A DNA stretch of 64,000 bases, from NCBI GenBank assembly GCA_035513335.1, contig DATKCE010000021.1:5745-69744 (forward strand), read 5' to 3'. Source of the stretch: Acidimicrobiia bacterium (lineage in GTDB: Bacteria; Actinomycetota; Acidimicrobiia; Spongiisociales; ZC4RG35). The notes under the pieces were generated by a model. It saw nothing but the letters and a program-made list of their open reading frames with translations, was not told the DNA's origin and did not search any database. Position 1 is the stretch's first letter, and each line of letters opens with the position of its first letter. This document shows positions 28,831-37,130 of the stretch, piece by piece. Both the position numbers and the translations under genes were made by a program.

Positions 28831-29832
28831 TCAGTCGTCGGCAAGAAGCTTCTTCAGCTTCTCGATTGTCACCACGGGGGTGGGGTCTACGCCAAGTCGG
28901 TCGGCGAGCATCCAGGAGACCAGGTCTCCCACGACCGTCAGCGAGATCAGCCGCGCCAGCCGGGAGGTACCACGCGACGCCACCTCGCCGACCCAGGGGA
29001 CGGCGTCGCTGGTCAGGTCGCGAGTGTGGGCGATCCGGGATTTGATCCGGTCGTGGTCCGCCTCGTCGGTGAGAACTACGACCCCGAGCTGTTCCCTGGT
29101 GGTCTCCGGCATAGTCTCCCAACCCACGATCTCGTTGTGGTCGAGCTCGGGAAGCGCTGAATACCAGGAGGGGACCTTGGCGTTCTCGTTGATCTGGGTC
29201 TTCCAGCGCTTCGCCACCACCGCCGAGACCGGTCCCCCGCCGTAGACGATCGGGATCCGACCGGCCAGGGCCGTGGCGATGGCGTCGGCCTGCACCCATG
29301 CCGTGCTGCCCTCCCCGGTCATCTCGTCGGCCAGGTCCGCCGCCTCGATGAACGAGAGACGCTGGTCGTCGATGGACTTGGCCCCTTCGAGAAGCCGGAT
29401 CACACCGCCGATCATGTACCCGGCGGCGGCGCGTGGCTGAAGACCGGTGGGGACGGTGATGCCGGGCCACTTGTGCTGTGCGGTGAGGTCGGCGAGCCGG
29501 CCACCGGTGGTCACCGTCGCCACGGGGAGCCCCGACTCCCAGGCCGAAGTCACCATGTCGATGGTCTCCTCGGTACTCCCCGAGTAGGAGCCCGCGATGA
29601 GCAGCGGCCTCACCCGGATCGCCCATGCGGGGATCGGCCCGTAGCCCTTGTGCACCGCCACCCGGGTCCCCGACGGGAGTGCGACCGATCCGGCATAGTC
29701 GCCGGCGATGCCCGAGCCGCCCATGCCTGCGTAGAGCACCTCGGAGAAGGTCCCCACGTGTGGGGCGTCGACATCGGCGGCCCAGCGCAACTGTTCTCCG
29801 AGACTCCGGATCTGGCCCAACATCTCAATCAT
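28831..29832 (-). CDS. SIS-domain bifunctional phosphoglucose/phosphomannose isomerase family protein
   Basis: Two SIS-like halves (GMGGSGIAGD...). ATG 29832 (MIEMLGQ) overlaps the end of the Trm112-like ORF. Sits between manB and ahcY. Confidence 0.8.
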   Translation of the reverse strand: MIEMLGQIRSLGEQLRWAADVDAPHVGTFSEVLYAGMGGSGIAGDYAGSVALPSGTRVAVHKGYGPIPAWAIRVRPLLIAGSYSGSTEETIDMVTSAWESGLPVATVTTGGRLADLTAQHKWPGITVPTGLQPRAAAGYMIGGVIRLLEGAKSIDDQRLSFIEAADLADEMTGEGSTAWVQADAIATALAGRIPIVYGGGPVSAVVAKRWKTQINENAKVPSWYSALPELDHNEIVGWETMPETTREQLGVVVLTDEADHDRIKSRIAHTRDLTSDAVPWVGEVASRGTSRLARLISLTVVGDLVSWMLADRLGVDPTPVVTIEKLKKLLADD

Positions 29833-29986
29833 CGGGCCCACCTTCGGCCTCGTCGACCAGCATGACCGGGATGCCGTCGCGGACCGGGTAGCGACGCCCG
29901 CACTCGCTGCACTCGAGACGACTGGCCTCCACGTCTTCGCTCAAGTCTGCCTTGTCCACCGGGCACACCAGCACCTCGGCCAGCAT
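29825..29986 (-). CDS. Trm112-family small zinc-ribbon-like protein (53 aa)
   Basis: Not in the ORF track because it is under 60 aa. My translation is MLAEVLVCPVDKADLSEDVEASRLECSECGRRYPVRDGIPVMLVDEAEGGPDD. The CP...C..C..YPV.DGIPVML pattern is typical of Trm112/UPF0434. Confidence 0.75.
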   Translation of the reverse strand: MLAEVLVCPVDKADLSEDVEASRLECSECGRRYPVRDGIPVMLVDEAEGGPDD

Positions 29987-30000
29987 CGGATCTATCAGGC

Positions 30001-31344
30001 TCAATTCGCCGCCTCCACGACTCTTCTCACGTCCGCCACCAGCTCCTCCACGCCCCTCTCATCGGGAGCCTCGGCGTTGAGCCGGAGCAGTGGCTCGGTA
30101 TTGGATGGTCGCAGATTGAACCATCGGTCCCCGAAGTCGACGGTGAGCCCGTCGAGGCGGTCGACTGTGGCATCGGTGAACTCCTCCTCGACGCGGTCCA
30201 TCACCGCCTGCTGGTCGTCCACCGTGAAGTTGATCTCGCCGGAGGCGGCGTAACGTTCGACGTCGAGCCTGATCTCGGAGAGGCGGCGCCCGTCCTCGCT
30301 GACCACCCTGAGCAGGTAGAGCATCGCCAGCATCCCGGAGTCGGCCCTGAAGTTGTCCCGGAAGTAGTAGTGGCCGCTGTGCTCGCCGCCGAAGACGGCG
30401 CCGGTGTCGGCCATGACCTGTTTGATGAAGCTGTGCCCGACCCGGGTCCGGACCGGCTCGCCGCCGGACTCGGCGACGATCTCGGGCACCGCCTTCGAGG
30501 TGATCAGGTTGTGCACCACCGCGGCACCGGGGTTGTCGCGGAGGATGCGTCTCGCCACCAGCGAGGTCACCGTGCTGCCGCTGAGCGACTGCGACCGGTC
30601 GTCGAGGAAGAACGCCCGGTCGGCGTCGCCGTCGAAGGCGACTCCCAGGTCGAACTCCCCCCGATTCATGAGGGCCTTCAGATCCTCGACGTTCTCGGGG
30701 ACCAGAGGATCGGCGGGATGGTTGGGGAACGTGCCGTCGGGCTCCAGGTAGAGGCCTTCGAGGGTGGCTTCGATCCGGTCGAAGACCTGCTCGATTGCGA
30801 CACCGGCCATGCCGTTCCCTCCGTCGGCGGCGATCCGCAGGGGCCCGATCGATTCGGCGGGGACGATCCGGAACAGATGGTCGACGTAGTCATCGACGAT
30901 CGACTCCGATGTCATCGTCCCCTCGCCCCCTTCGAGGACGAGCTCGCCGGCCAGGACCGCTCCCTTGATGTCGGCGAGACCGGTGTCCATGCCGATGGGC
31001 GCCGCCCCAGGACGGCAGAGCTTGAGACCGTTGTACTCGGGCGGGTTGTGCGAGGCGGTGATGATGGCGCCGTGGACGTCGTGTGCTCCCGAGTAGTAGT
31101 AGACCGCGTCGGTGGGCACCTCTCCCAGATCGATCACGTTGCCGCCCGCCGAGCGGATTCCGTCGGCGAGGGCGGCGAAGAAGGAGGAGCTCGTCGCGCG
31201 GCAGTCCCGGCCCACGGCCACCGTGGCGGCACCGATCCTCCCCACTAGGGCGATGCCGATCCGTCGGTAGAGCTCTTCGTCGATCTCCCCGGTGTCGGAG
31301 CGGCCCCTGATGTCGTATGCCTTGAAGACTGCGTCTGGGTCCAC
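30001..31344 (-). CDS. manB: phosphomannomutase/phosphoglucomutase
   Basis: 447 aa with the active-site loop TASHNPPEYNGLK and metal loop FDGDADR. GTG start. Confidence 0.9.
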   Translation of the reverse strand: MDPDAVFKAYDIRGRSDTGEIDEELYRRIGIALVGRIGAATVAVGRDCRATSSSFFAALADGIRSAGGNVIDLGEVPTDAVYYYSGAHDVHGAIITASHNPPEYNGLKLCRPGAAPIGMDTGLADIKGAVLAGELVLEGGEGTMTSESIVDDYVDHLFRIVPAESIGPLRIAADGGNGMAGVAIEQVFDRIEATLEGLYLEPDGTFPNHPADPLVPENVEDLKALMNRGEFDLGVAFDGDADRAFFLDDRSQSLSGSTVTSLVARRILRDNPGAAVVHNLITSKAVPEIVAESGGEPVRTRVGHSFIKQVMADTGAVFGGEHSGHYYFRDNFRADSGMLAMLYLLRVVSEDGRRLSEIRLDVERYAASGEINFTVDDQQAVMDRVEEEFTDATVDRLDGLTVDFGDRWFNLRPSNTEPLLRLNAEAPDERGVEELVADVRRVVEAAN

Positions 31345-31403
31345 GGGAACGAGAGTGTAGAGGTGGACCGGTGGTGGGGCAGCCGGGTGGGCGCCACCTT
31401 CCC

Positions 31404-31526
31404 GTTCTCGGGGCGTTGGACTTCGCCCAGCGGGGCCTGCAACCCAGGGTTCGCGTACGCGGCGAGGCGAGCGTGAACTGAGGGCGCTGGACTTCGCTCA
31501 GCGGGGCCTGCAACCCAGGGTTCGCG
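31404..31526. repeat. family-1 structured intergenic repeat, two tandem copies (71-bp period), orientation A
   Basis: Copies at 31404-31455 and 31473-31526 in the divergent manB / GT2 intergenic region. Confidence 0.9.
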
Positions 31527-31563
31527 GTGGGCGCAGGGCCGTTCCTACACTTCGGGCCGCTCC

Positions 31564-32259
31564 ATGGCGCCCTCATTCACGATCGTCGTCCCCGTCTACA
31601 ACGAGGCCGACTTCATCCCCGACGCATTGCCCAAGCTCATCGCCACCGTCGACGAGGTCGGGGGGGACTACACCATCCGCATCGTCGAGAACGGCTCGAC
31701 GGACAACACCGCGGACGTCGCCAAGAAGGTCGCGGGATCGGCGAACGTCGTCGTGGACTCGCTCCCCACCCCCGACTATGGAGCGGCGATGCGTCACGGT
31801 TTCCTCGCCGCCGACTCCGACTGGGTGGTCAACTTCGACATCGACTACTTCTCGGCGGACTTCCTGCGCCGGGTGATCGTCCAGCCCGACGACGTCGACC
31901 TGGTCATCGCATCGAAGCGCGATCCGGGCTCCGAGGACCGCCGACCCCTGATCCGGCGACTCGCCACCAGGGTCTTCAACCTCCTGCTCACTGTCATTCT
32001 GTCGTCGGCGGTCTCCGACACCCACGGTATGAAGGCCTTCAGGCGCCGAGTGGTCGCCGATGTCGCCCCTCAGGTGGTGAGCACGGAAGACCTCTTCGAC
32101 ACCGAGCTGGTGATCCGCGCCGAACGGGCCGGCTATTCGATAGTCGAGGTCCCGGTGGTGGTCGAGGAGATGCGCACCGCCCGGTCGTCGCTGATCAAGC
32201 GAGCACCACGCACCGTCGTCGGGCTCATTCGGATGCGGGAGCGTCTCCGGCAAGGTTGA
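31564..32259 (+). CDS. glycosyltransferase family 2 (polyprenol-phosphate glycosyltransferase-like)
   Basis: 231 aa with FTIVVPVYNEADFI at the N-terminus and a DxD-type region NFDIDYF. Confidence 0.85.
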   Translation: MAPSFTIVVPVYNEADFIPDALPKLIATVDEVGGDYTIRIVENGSTDNTADVAKKVAGSANVVVDSLPTPDYGAAMRHGFLAADSDWVVNFDIDYFSADFLRRVIVQPDDVDLVIASKRDPGSEDRRPLIRRLATRVFNLLLTVILSSAVSDTHGMKAFRRRVVADVAPQVVSTEDLFDTELVIRAERAGYSIVEVPVVVEEMRTARSSLIKRAPRTVVGLIRMRERLRQG

Positions 32260-34591
32260 CCCGCCGGCGCCAGTAGAACAGCCCACCGGCGACCAGCAAC
32301 GACGCCACTCCTCCCAGGGTCAGGATCTTGCCGCCGGTCTCGGCCCAGGTGTCGTCGAATTCGATCACCACGTCGCGCTCGGTGGGGACGACCACCATCA
32401 GCGAAGGGGACGCCCGCCAGGGGCCGTCGGCGCCGGTGGCGGTCCAGTTCGGGAAGTACGACACCTTGACCAGGTGCGGCACGCCCACCGCCTCGGTCGA
32501 GAATGCGATGCGGTGGTGATCGACCTCCAGCGCGCTCACCGCGGTGACGGCGCCGTCGAGCTCGACGTCGGGACGTTCGGCGATGGCCTGGATCCTGGGC
32601 CAGTCGTCAGGCCCGTCGGCGACCACCCAGCGGTGCAGGTTGTCGATGTCGTCGTACCACTCGAGAGACAGATCGTGAAAGCTGGGCAGGGGCTCACCGT
32701 CGGGCCCGCTCACCGTTTCCGACCCGATGAGCGACGCGAACAGCCCCCGCTCTGGGACGTCGTAGACCGCGGGTAGATGTGTCGCCGGAAGGACCAGGTC
32801 GGTGTCGGGGAGGCGGAAGATGTGGAACGGCTCCACGCTGGCAGCCAGCTCGGTGAATCCCTCGATGGTGCGTGCCTTCTCGGCCGCCTCCTCGGTGAAC
32901 GACACGTAGTAGGTGACGCCGTAGAGATCCATGTGGCGAAGCCCCCGCTCCATGTCGAAGGTGTGGTAGCGGAGCCCGGGGACGGGATTCGAGGGGCGGT
33001 AGGACATCTCGGAGTGGTTGATGAAGTGGAACGGCGTGGTCAGCGACGACTCGAAATAGAGCCCCTCCATCGACTGATGCGACCCTTCGGTCCAGTAGGG
33101 GATCAGCATCGGGGACATCGGGGTGCCGTACCGGTTGAGGTCGCTGCTGGACTCCCACTGCACCCGCCCGTCGGGGAGGGCGTTGAGTTCGACCATCAGC
33201 GCCTCGTACTCGGGCCACGGCTCCTTGGACTCGTAGCCCTCGTAGTTCCACCTCGACCAGCCGTCGATGAAGGTGACTCCGGCGGTGGCCCCCAGCACCA
33301 CCACGGCCGCCGCGGTCGTGGTGAGGAAGTTGCGGGTGTTCACCGTCGGTCGCGATCGCAGGGTGGCAGCCAGCGCAGCAGCCCCGGCAAGGGCGACGAT
33401 GAGCCACGCCCAGTTGGGGAACTCGTCCGAGTCGGCGATGAGCCACGCAGCCACGCCGAAACCGACGACCACCACGGCCCGAGGCCAGTGCACGTGGACC
33501 CGGCTGGGTAGCCGCCGCGACAACCACATCACGGCAACGCCGAGACCGAGGGCGGCGAAGAAGGCGACTCCGAAATACCAATAGGGCAAGAGACGGCCAT
33601 TCCACAGCTTCCAGCGCTCCCCGCCGAACAGGTCGGGCAACAACTCGGGGAGGATCCCGGGCAGCGGGAAGTAGATCACCGGGAGCAGGGTGGCGGCGAG
33701 CAGCGGCACCACCCGTCGCGTCTTCCGCACCGCCCAAACCGCGGCCGGGATGGCCACCGGCACCAGCAGCCACAACTCGACCGGGAAGATCTCCTCCCAC
33801 CGGCTCAACGGCGTCCAGGCCATGTCGGAGGTGAGTCCGATCCGGGCGATGAGGGGAAGAGCCCAGAACGCCGCGATCGAAAAGCCCCAGAACCAGATGA
33901 GCAGCGTGCGCGCCAGACCGTTCTTCCAGGGCAGCACGAAGAGGGAGGCGAACACGATGACGATGGTGGTGAGCACATGGGACAGGGCGGTGAGGGCGAG
34001 GGCGAGGGCGGCCCACTTGACGTACTTGCGATCCTCCCGTACCGCTTTGATCAACAGACCGAGATAGACGAGCGAGAGGGCGAACGACCACGCGTAGGAG
34101 AACTCTCCGGCCAGTGTGGAGGCCACGTTCCCGCCGTAGATCGAGTAGCTCTCGTAGAAGGCGAACACCACCCCCGACCCGGCGGTGATCAACGCGATCT
34201 GACGTCCGATCTGGAGCGACCGGGTGAAGAAGTAGATAGCCGGGGCCATCGCCAGGAGACCGAGCACGGTGACGATCTTGAACGCCACCCCGTAGGGGAG
34301 GAATAGGTCGAGGAAGACGATCACCAGGGAAGGCAGAGGGAAGTAGAAGTAGAACGCGGGGAAGCCGGCGAACCAGTCGTTGGACCAACCCAACACCCGG
34401 CCATCGGACAGCAGCGTGTCACGCAGGAAAGCGGGCCCGAGCACGTGGGCGCCCATGTCGCCCCCCGTCGGGGTGGTCGCCGAGAAGATCAACCACGGCT
34501 GCATGACGATCAAGATGACCAGGGAGGACGCGACCAGGATGATCGCCGGGAGCGGTGGGATGCGCTGCAGCGCCTCCCGGATCTGGGTCAC
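32225..34591 (-). CDS. large polytopic membrane protein with C-terminal extracytoplasmic domain (putative GT-C-type glycosyltransferase)
   Basis: 788 aa from GTG 34591, which overlaps the stop of the upstream small ORF (GTGA). More than 10 TM segments are followed by a soluble domain of about 350 aa. The family was not identified by eye. Confidence 0.7.
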   Translation of the reverse strand: MTQIREALQRIPPLPAIILVASSLVILIVMQPWLIFSATTPTGGDMGAHVLGPAFLRDTLLSDGRVLGWSNDWFAGFPAFYFYFPLPSLVIVFLDLFLPYGVAFKIVTVLGLLAMAPAIYFFTRSLQIGRQIALITAGSGVVFAFYESYSIYGGNVASTLAGEFSYAWSFALSLVYLGLLIKAVREDRKYVKWAALALALTALSHVLTTIVIVFASLFVLPWKNGLARTLLIWFWGFSIAAFWALPLIARIGLTSDMAWTPLSRWEEIFPVELWLLVPVAIPAAVWAVRKTRRVVPLLAATLLPVIYFPLPGILPELLPDLFGGERWKLWNGRLLPYWYFGVAFFAALGLGVAVMWLSRRLPSRVHVHWPRAVVVVGFGVAAWLIADSDEFPNWAWLIVALAGAAALAATLRSRPTVNTRNFLTTTAAAVVVLGATAGVTFIDGWSRWNYEGYESKEPWPEYEALMVELNALPDGRVQWESSSDLNRYGTPMSPMLIPYWTEGSHQSMEGLYFESSLTTPFHFINHSEMSYRPSNPVPGLRYHTFDMERGLRHMDLYGVTYYVSFTEEAAEKARTIEGFTELAASVEPFHIFRLPDTDLVLPATHLPAVYDVPERGLFASLIGSETVSGPDGEPLPSFHDLSLEWYDDIDNLHRWVVADGPDDWPRIQAIAERPDVELDGAVTAVSALEVDHHRIAFSTEAVGVPHLVKVSYFPNWTATGADGPWRASPSLMVVVPTERDVVIEFDDTWAETGGKILTLGGVASLLVAGGLFYWRRRVNLAGDAPASE

Positions 34592-34764
34592 TGCCGCGCT
34601 TGTCGGACTATCTCCAGGACCTGCGTGACGTCGATGTCGACGCCCTCGCGGTTCCACCACTTCTCCTCACAGTTGTGACACCAGAAGAAGAGGACCTCGG
34701 TCCCGTCGGGGAGGACGTGCTCGATCTCGAGCACGTCGTCTTGGGAGCAGCGGGGACAGTCCAT
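34588..34764 (-). CDS. small zinc-ribbon protein (58 aa)
   Basis: MDCPRCSQ...WCHNCEE has two CxxC pairs. Translationally coupled to the 788-aa membrane protein. Confidence 0.55.
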   Translation of the reverse strand: MDCPRCSQDDVLEIEHVLPDGTEVLFFWCHNCEEKWWNREGVDIDVTQVLEIVRQARQ

Positions 34765-34798
34765 TGATAGCGATATGGTAAATCGCGAAAGTCGCCTA

Positions 34799-35077
34799 CT
34801 ACAACGATTCGTCGAGGAGGCGTCCGATGTACCGGCTGCGTCGCTTCCCGTCCTCGGTCCAGTAGGCGTACCAATAGGGCCCATGCGGGCACTTGGTGCA
34901 CCCGGACTTGCCGCACCGGACCATCTGCTTCCTGAGGCTGACGTTGGGCTCGTCGTTGGGGCCGATGGCCCCGATGCGCTCCAACTGGGCCCGGGTCAGG
35001 ATCTGCAGTCGACGCAGCCCGTGCTCGTCGAGGTCCTTGACCGCGTCGAGGAGGTCGCGGTCTAGTGCTCCGGCCAC
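34799..35077 (-). CDS. small CxxC protein, DUF6788-like (92 aa)
   Basis: C-terminal CGKSGCTKCPHGPYWYAYWTEDGKRRSRYIG resembles the DUF6788 pattern (from memory, not searched). GTG start. The first 5 codons belong to the duplicated R1/R2 block. Confidence 0.55.
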   Translation of the reverse strand: MAGALDRDLLDAVKDLDEHGLRRLQILTRAQLERIGAIGPNDEPNVSLRKQMVRCGKSGCTKCPHGPYWYAYWTEDGKRRSRYIGRLLDESL

Positions 35078-35145
35078 TGACGTTGGTGATGTTCAGGGCG
35101 AGCCAGGGGCGCCGATGGCAAGGACGCAGGACGCAGGCGCACCCG
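35062..35145 (-). promoter_or_regulatory. duplicated leader block R1 (68 nt upstream plus first 16 nt of CDS)
   Basis: 80/84 identical to 39850-39933. Confidence 0.8.
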
Positions 35146-35195
35146 TTTTCGCGCATAGGACGAGCGGAAAACGCGCCATTTGATGCGCGAAAACG
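35142..35195. terminator. family-2 palindromic element, copy 2
   Basis: Perfect 12-bp arms GTTTTCGCGCAT (35145-35156) and ATGCGCGAAAAC (35183-35194), about 35 nt downstream of the DUF3499 stop. Confidence 0.6.
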
Positions 35196-35230
35196 AAATG
35201 TGAGCTCGGCGGTCGCCGCCCGATGTGGCA

Positions 35231-35452
35231 TCAGGCGACTTGAACGGGAGCGAACAGACGGGTGACCGTGCGCCGATCCGTGAGAGTCCAGCCGTGTGGA
35301 GGGGTCATCCGGTCGGCATGGTCGGAGCAGAACAGATATCCGTACTTGTCGATCGGGTCGGCCAAGTCGTCCATCCAGACGGCGCCGTCCGAATAGTTGA
35401 AAGTCATTACCGCGGCGGCAGGGGCACCGCATCTCGTACAGCTAACTGTCAT
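35231..35452 (-). CDS. DUF3499 family protein
   Basis: 73 aa. CTRCGAPAAA...LCSDHADRMTPPHGWTLTDRR matches my recollection of the actinobacterial DUF3499 pattern. Confidence 0.8.
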   Translation of the reverse strand: MTVSCTRCGAPAAAVMTFNYSDGAVWMDDLADPIDKYGYLFCSDHADRMTPPHGWTLTDRRTVTRLFAPVQVA

Positions 35453-35479
35453 GGCCCCACGGTAGGGATCGCGAAAACC

Positions 35480-35857
35480 TCAATCAAGGATCGAACCCGA
35501 ACTCAGTCTCCGCAGCGCCCGGTCGGGTTGCCCGGGATAGATCCTGCCCCTGCCGCGGCCGTCCACGACCATCACCGCCGGGACCGCATCGACGCCAAGC
35601 TCCTCGAAGGTCTGAGACGCCTCCTCCCAGGCGAGCTCGCGGAACCGCCCCTCCCCCAACCCGGCTTCCAGTGTCTCCCGGGCCCGGATGCAGCTCGAGC
35701 AGGTGGTCGAGGTGAAGAGGTAGACGCCCGGCTCCAGACCGGTCGCGGCCACCCTCCTCACCGTCTGTCTCGCCCGGGAGCGTTGGATCAGGACCGCGAC
35801 GCCGGCCACAGCCAGCGCCCCGGCGACGAGACCGGCCCGGGCCCAGACCTCATCCAT
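35480..35857 (-). CDS. membrane-anchored thioredoxin/glutaredoxin-like protein
   Basis: ATG 35857 (MDEVWARAGLVAGALAVAGVAVL), one TM segment, then a CxxC motif (TTCSSC). Overlaps the upstream gene end by 8 nt. Confidence 0.6.
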   Translation of the reverse strand: MDEVWARAGLVAGALAVAGVAVLIQRSRARQTVRRVAATGLEPGVYLFTSTTCSSCIRARETLEAGLGEGRFRELAWEEASQTFEELGVDAVPAVMVVDGRGRGRIYPGQPDRALRRLSSGSILD

Positions 35858-37130
35858 CCTGGAGGGGGATCCCGATGGCGGCGCTTCGGCTCGCACCGAA
35901 CTCCGAGGTCCACAACGCCACCACCGGGCCGCTGGCCTCGACGCGGTAGCCGTCGGCGGCGACGAGATCGGCGACCAGGACACCCTCGGCGTCGACTTCG
36001 AGCTCACGCACCGGCCCTGACTCTCCCAGGGCTCGAATCGAGACGGTCACGGTCTCGATCCCGGTGTTGAGGACCACCACCGACCCCGAGCCCTCCGGCG
36101 GCGCGCCGGCGCCGGGCAGGAGCCACACCGTGGCGTCCACCGGGCTGGCCGTCGTCCACGCCAGACCATGAGGCGAATCGATCCGCAGCGCCGGGACCAC
36201 AGGTCCGGTGGTGATCACCCTGACCCCGGCGGCCCCTTCGGTCACCGCGGCCAGTGGCACCACGACCCGCCCCCTGGGGGCAATGACCCCGGTGTCGTGG
36301 CCCTCGACATAGCCGTCGGGACCGAAGAGGTCGACCTGGTATTCGATCTCGGAGTTCTCGGGCGTGGCGATCACCATCTGCTTGGTGCCAGCCCCCTCCG
36401 GCACCGGAAGCCACCAGTTATCGCCGGGAGCTACCGCCCGCCATACAGCCACCTCCCCATCGCTCGTCAGACGGCCGTAGGCGAGAACCGATCCCCGTGT
36501 GGTCTCGATGTTCGCCGAGATGGTCTCCCGGCCCGGGATGATCTCGTTCATGTCCCGCGTGATCGTGCTCAGGGGCGGCACCACCACCGCGTTGAACTGG
36601 TCGTTCGACTCCAGGCCGGTGTCGGTGGTGACGGTCAGGTTCACGATGGCCTCTCCGGCGTACGGGTTGATCAACTGGATAGCGAACAGCTCCCCGCCCG
36701 CGGTGGAACCACCGGAGATGAAGATCTGGCCTTCGGGGATATCGGCACACGACTCGGCCGCCCGGGAGTTCGGCCCGGCGACGACGACTGCCGCGGCGGT
36801 GGTCTCCGATGGCATCTCGACCAGACCGCCGGCGTTGCCGACCGCCCCGACGTCGGCGGCAGCGATTGTCACGGCTCCCAACCGGCCGGTCCTGAAGTCC
36901 AGAGCCCCGGTCTCGGACCCGGCGGCGAAGGTCGACAGACGACCCTCCCCGTTGACGGACGAGAGCACCGAGACGCTGGTAGAACGCTCCCCTGCCTGGA
37001 GGATGGGACAGATGGCGACCGGTGGCGCCTCCGTCGCCGGCACGGCTCCCGGATCGGCCGGATCGGGTGCGGGTAGGAATGTCGCCGCCACTGCAGCGAC
37101 CAACATCACCACCACGCCCAGGTACTTCAT
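35850..37130 (-). CDS. secreted protein, DUF5719-like
   Basis: ATG 37130 (MKYLGVVVMLVAAVAATFL signal-like) overlaps the GT2 stop (ATGA). The body looks beta-rich. The DUF5719 label comes from synteny and recollection only. Confidence 0.65.
   Translation of the reverse strand: MKYLGVVVMLVAAVAATFLPAPDPADPGAVPATEAPPVAICPILQAGERSTSVSVLSSVNGEGRLSTFAAGSETGALDFRTGRLGAVTIAAADVGAVGNAGGLVEMPSETTAAAVVVAGPNSRAAESCADIPEGQIFISGGSTAGGELFAIQLINPYAGEAIVNLTVTTDTGLESNDQFNAVVVPPLSTITRDMNEIIPGRETISANIETTRGSVLAYGRLTSDGEVAVWRAVAPGDNWWLPVPEGAGTKQMVIATPENSEIEYQVDLFGPDGYVEGHDTGVIAPRGRVVVPLAAVTEGAAGVRVITTGPVVPALRIDSPHGLAWTTASPVDATVWLLPGAGAPPEGSGSVVVLNTGIETVTVSIRALGESGPVRELEVDAEGVLVADLVAADGYRVEASGPVVALWTSEFGASRSAAIGIPLQDG

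Noticed and set aside
26996-29245. 749-aa plus-strand ORF
   Set aside because: It is antisense to comF, the family-1 repeats, ahcY and the SIS isomerase. It crosses intergenic repeats, has no motifs, and is a high-GC artefact.
28823-29626. N-terminal 268-codon extension of ahcY in track ORF 27575..29626
   Set aside because: It overlaps the SIS isomerase gene in another frame. The conserved SAH hydrolase sequence starts at MNYDIANPDL (28822).
35065-35265. Plus-strand ORFs 35065..35265 and 39853..40095 sharing a 27-aa N-terminus (ML.PL.L.MFRASQGRRWQGRRTQAHP)
   Set aside because: The shared peptide is just the 84-bp R1/R2 nucleotide duplication read on the antisense strand. Downstream the sequences diverge completely and look non-coding.
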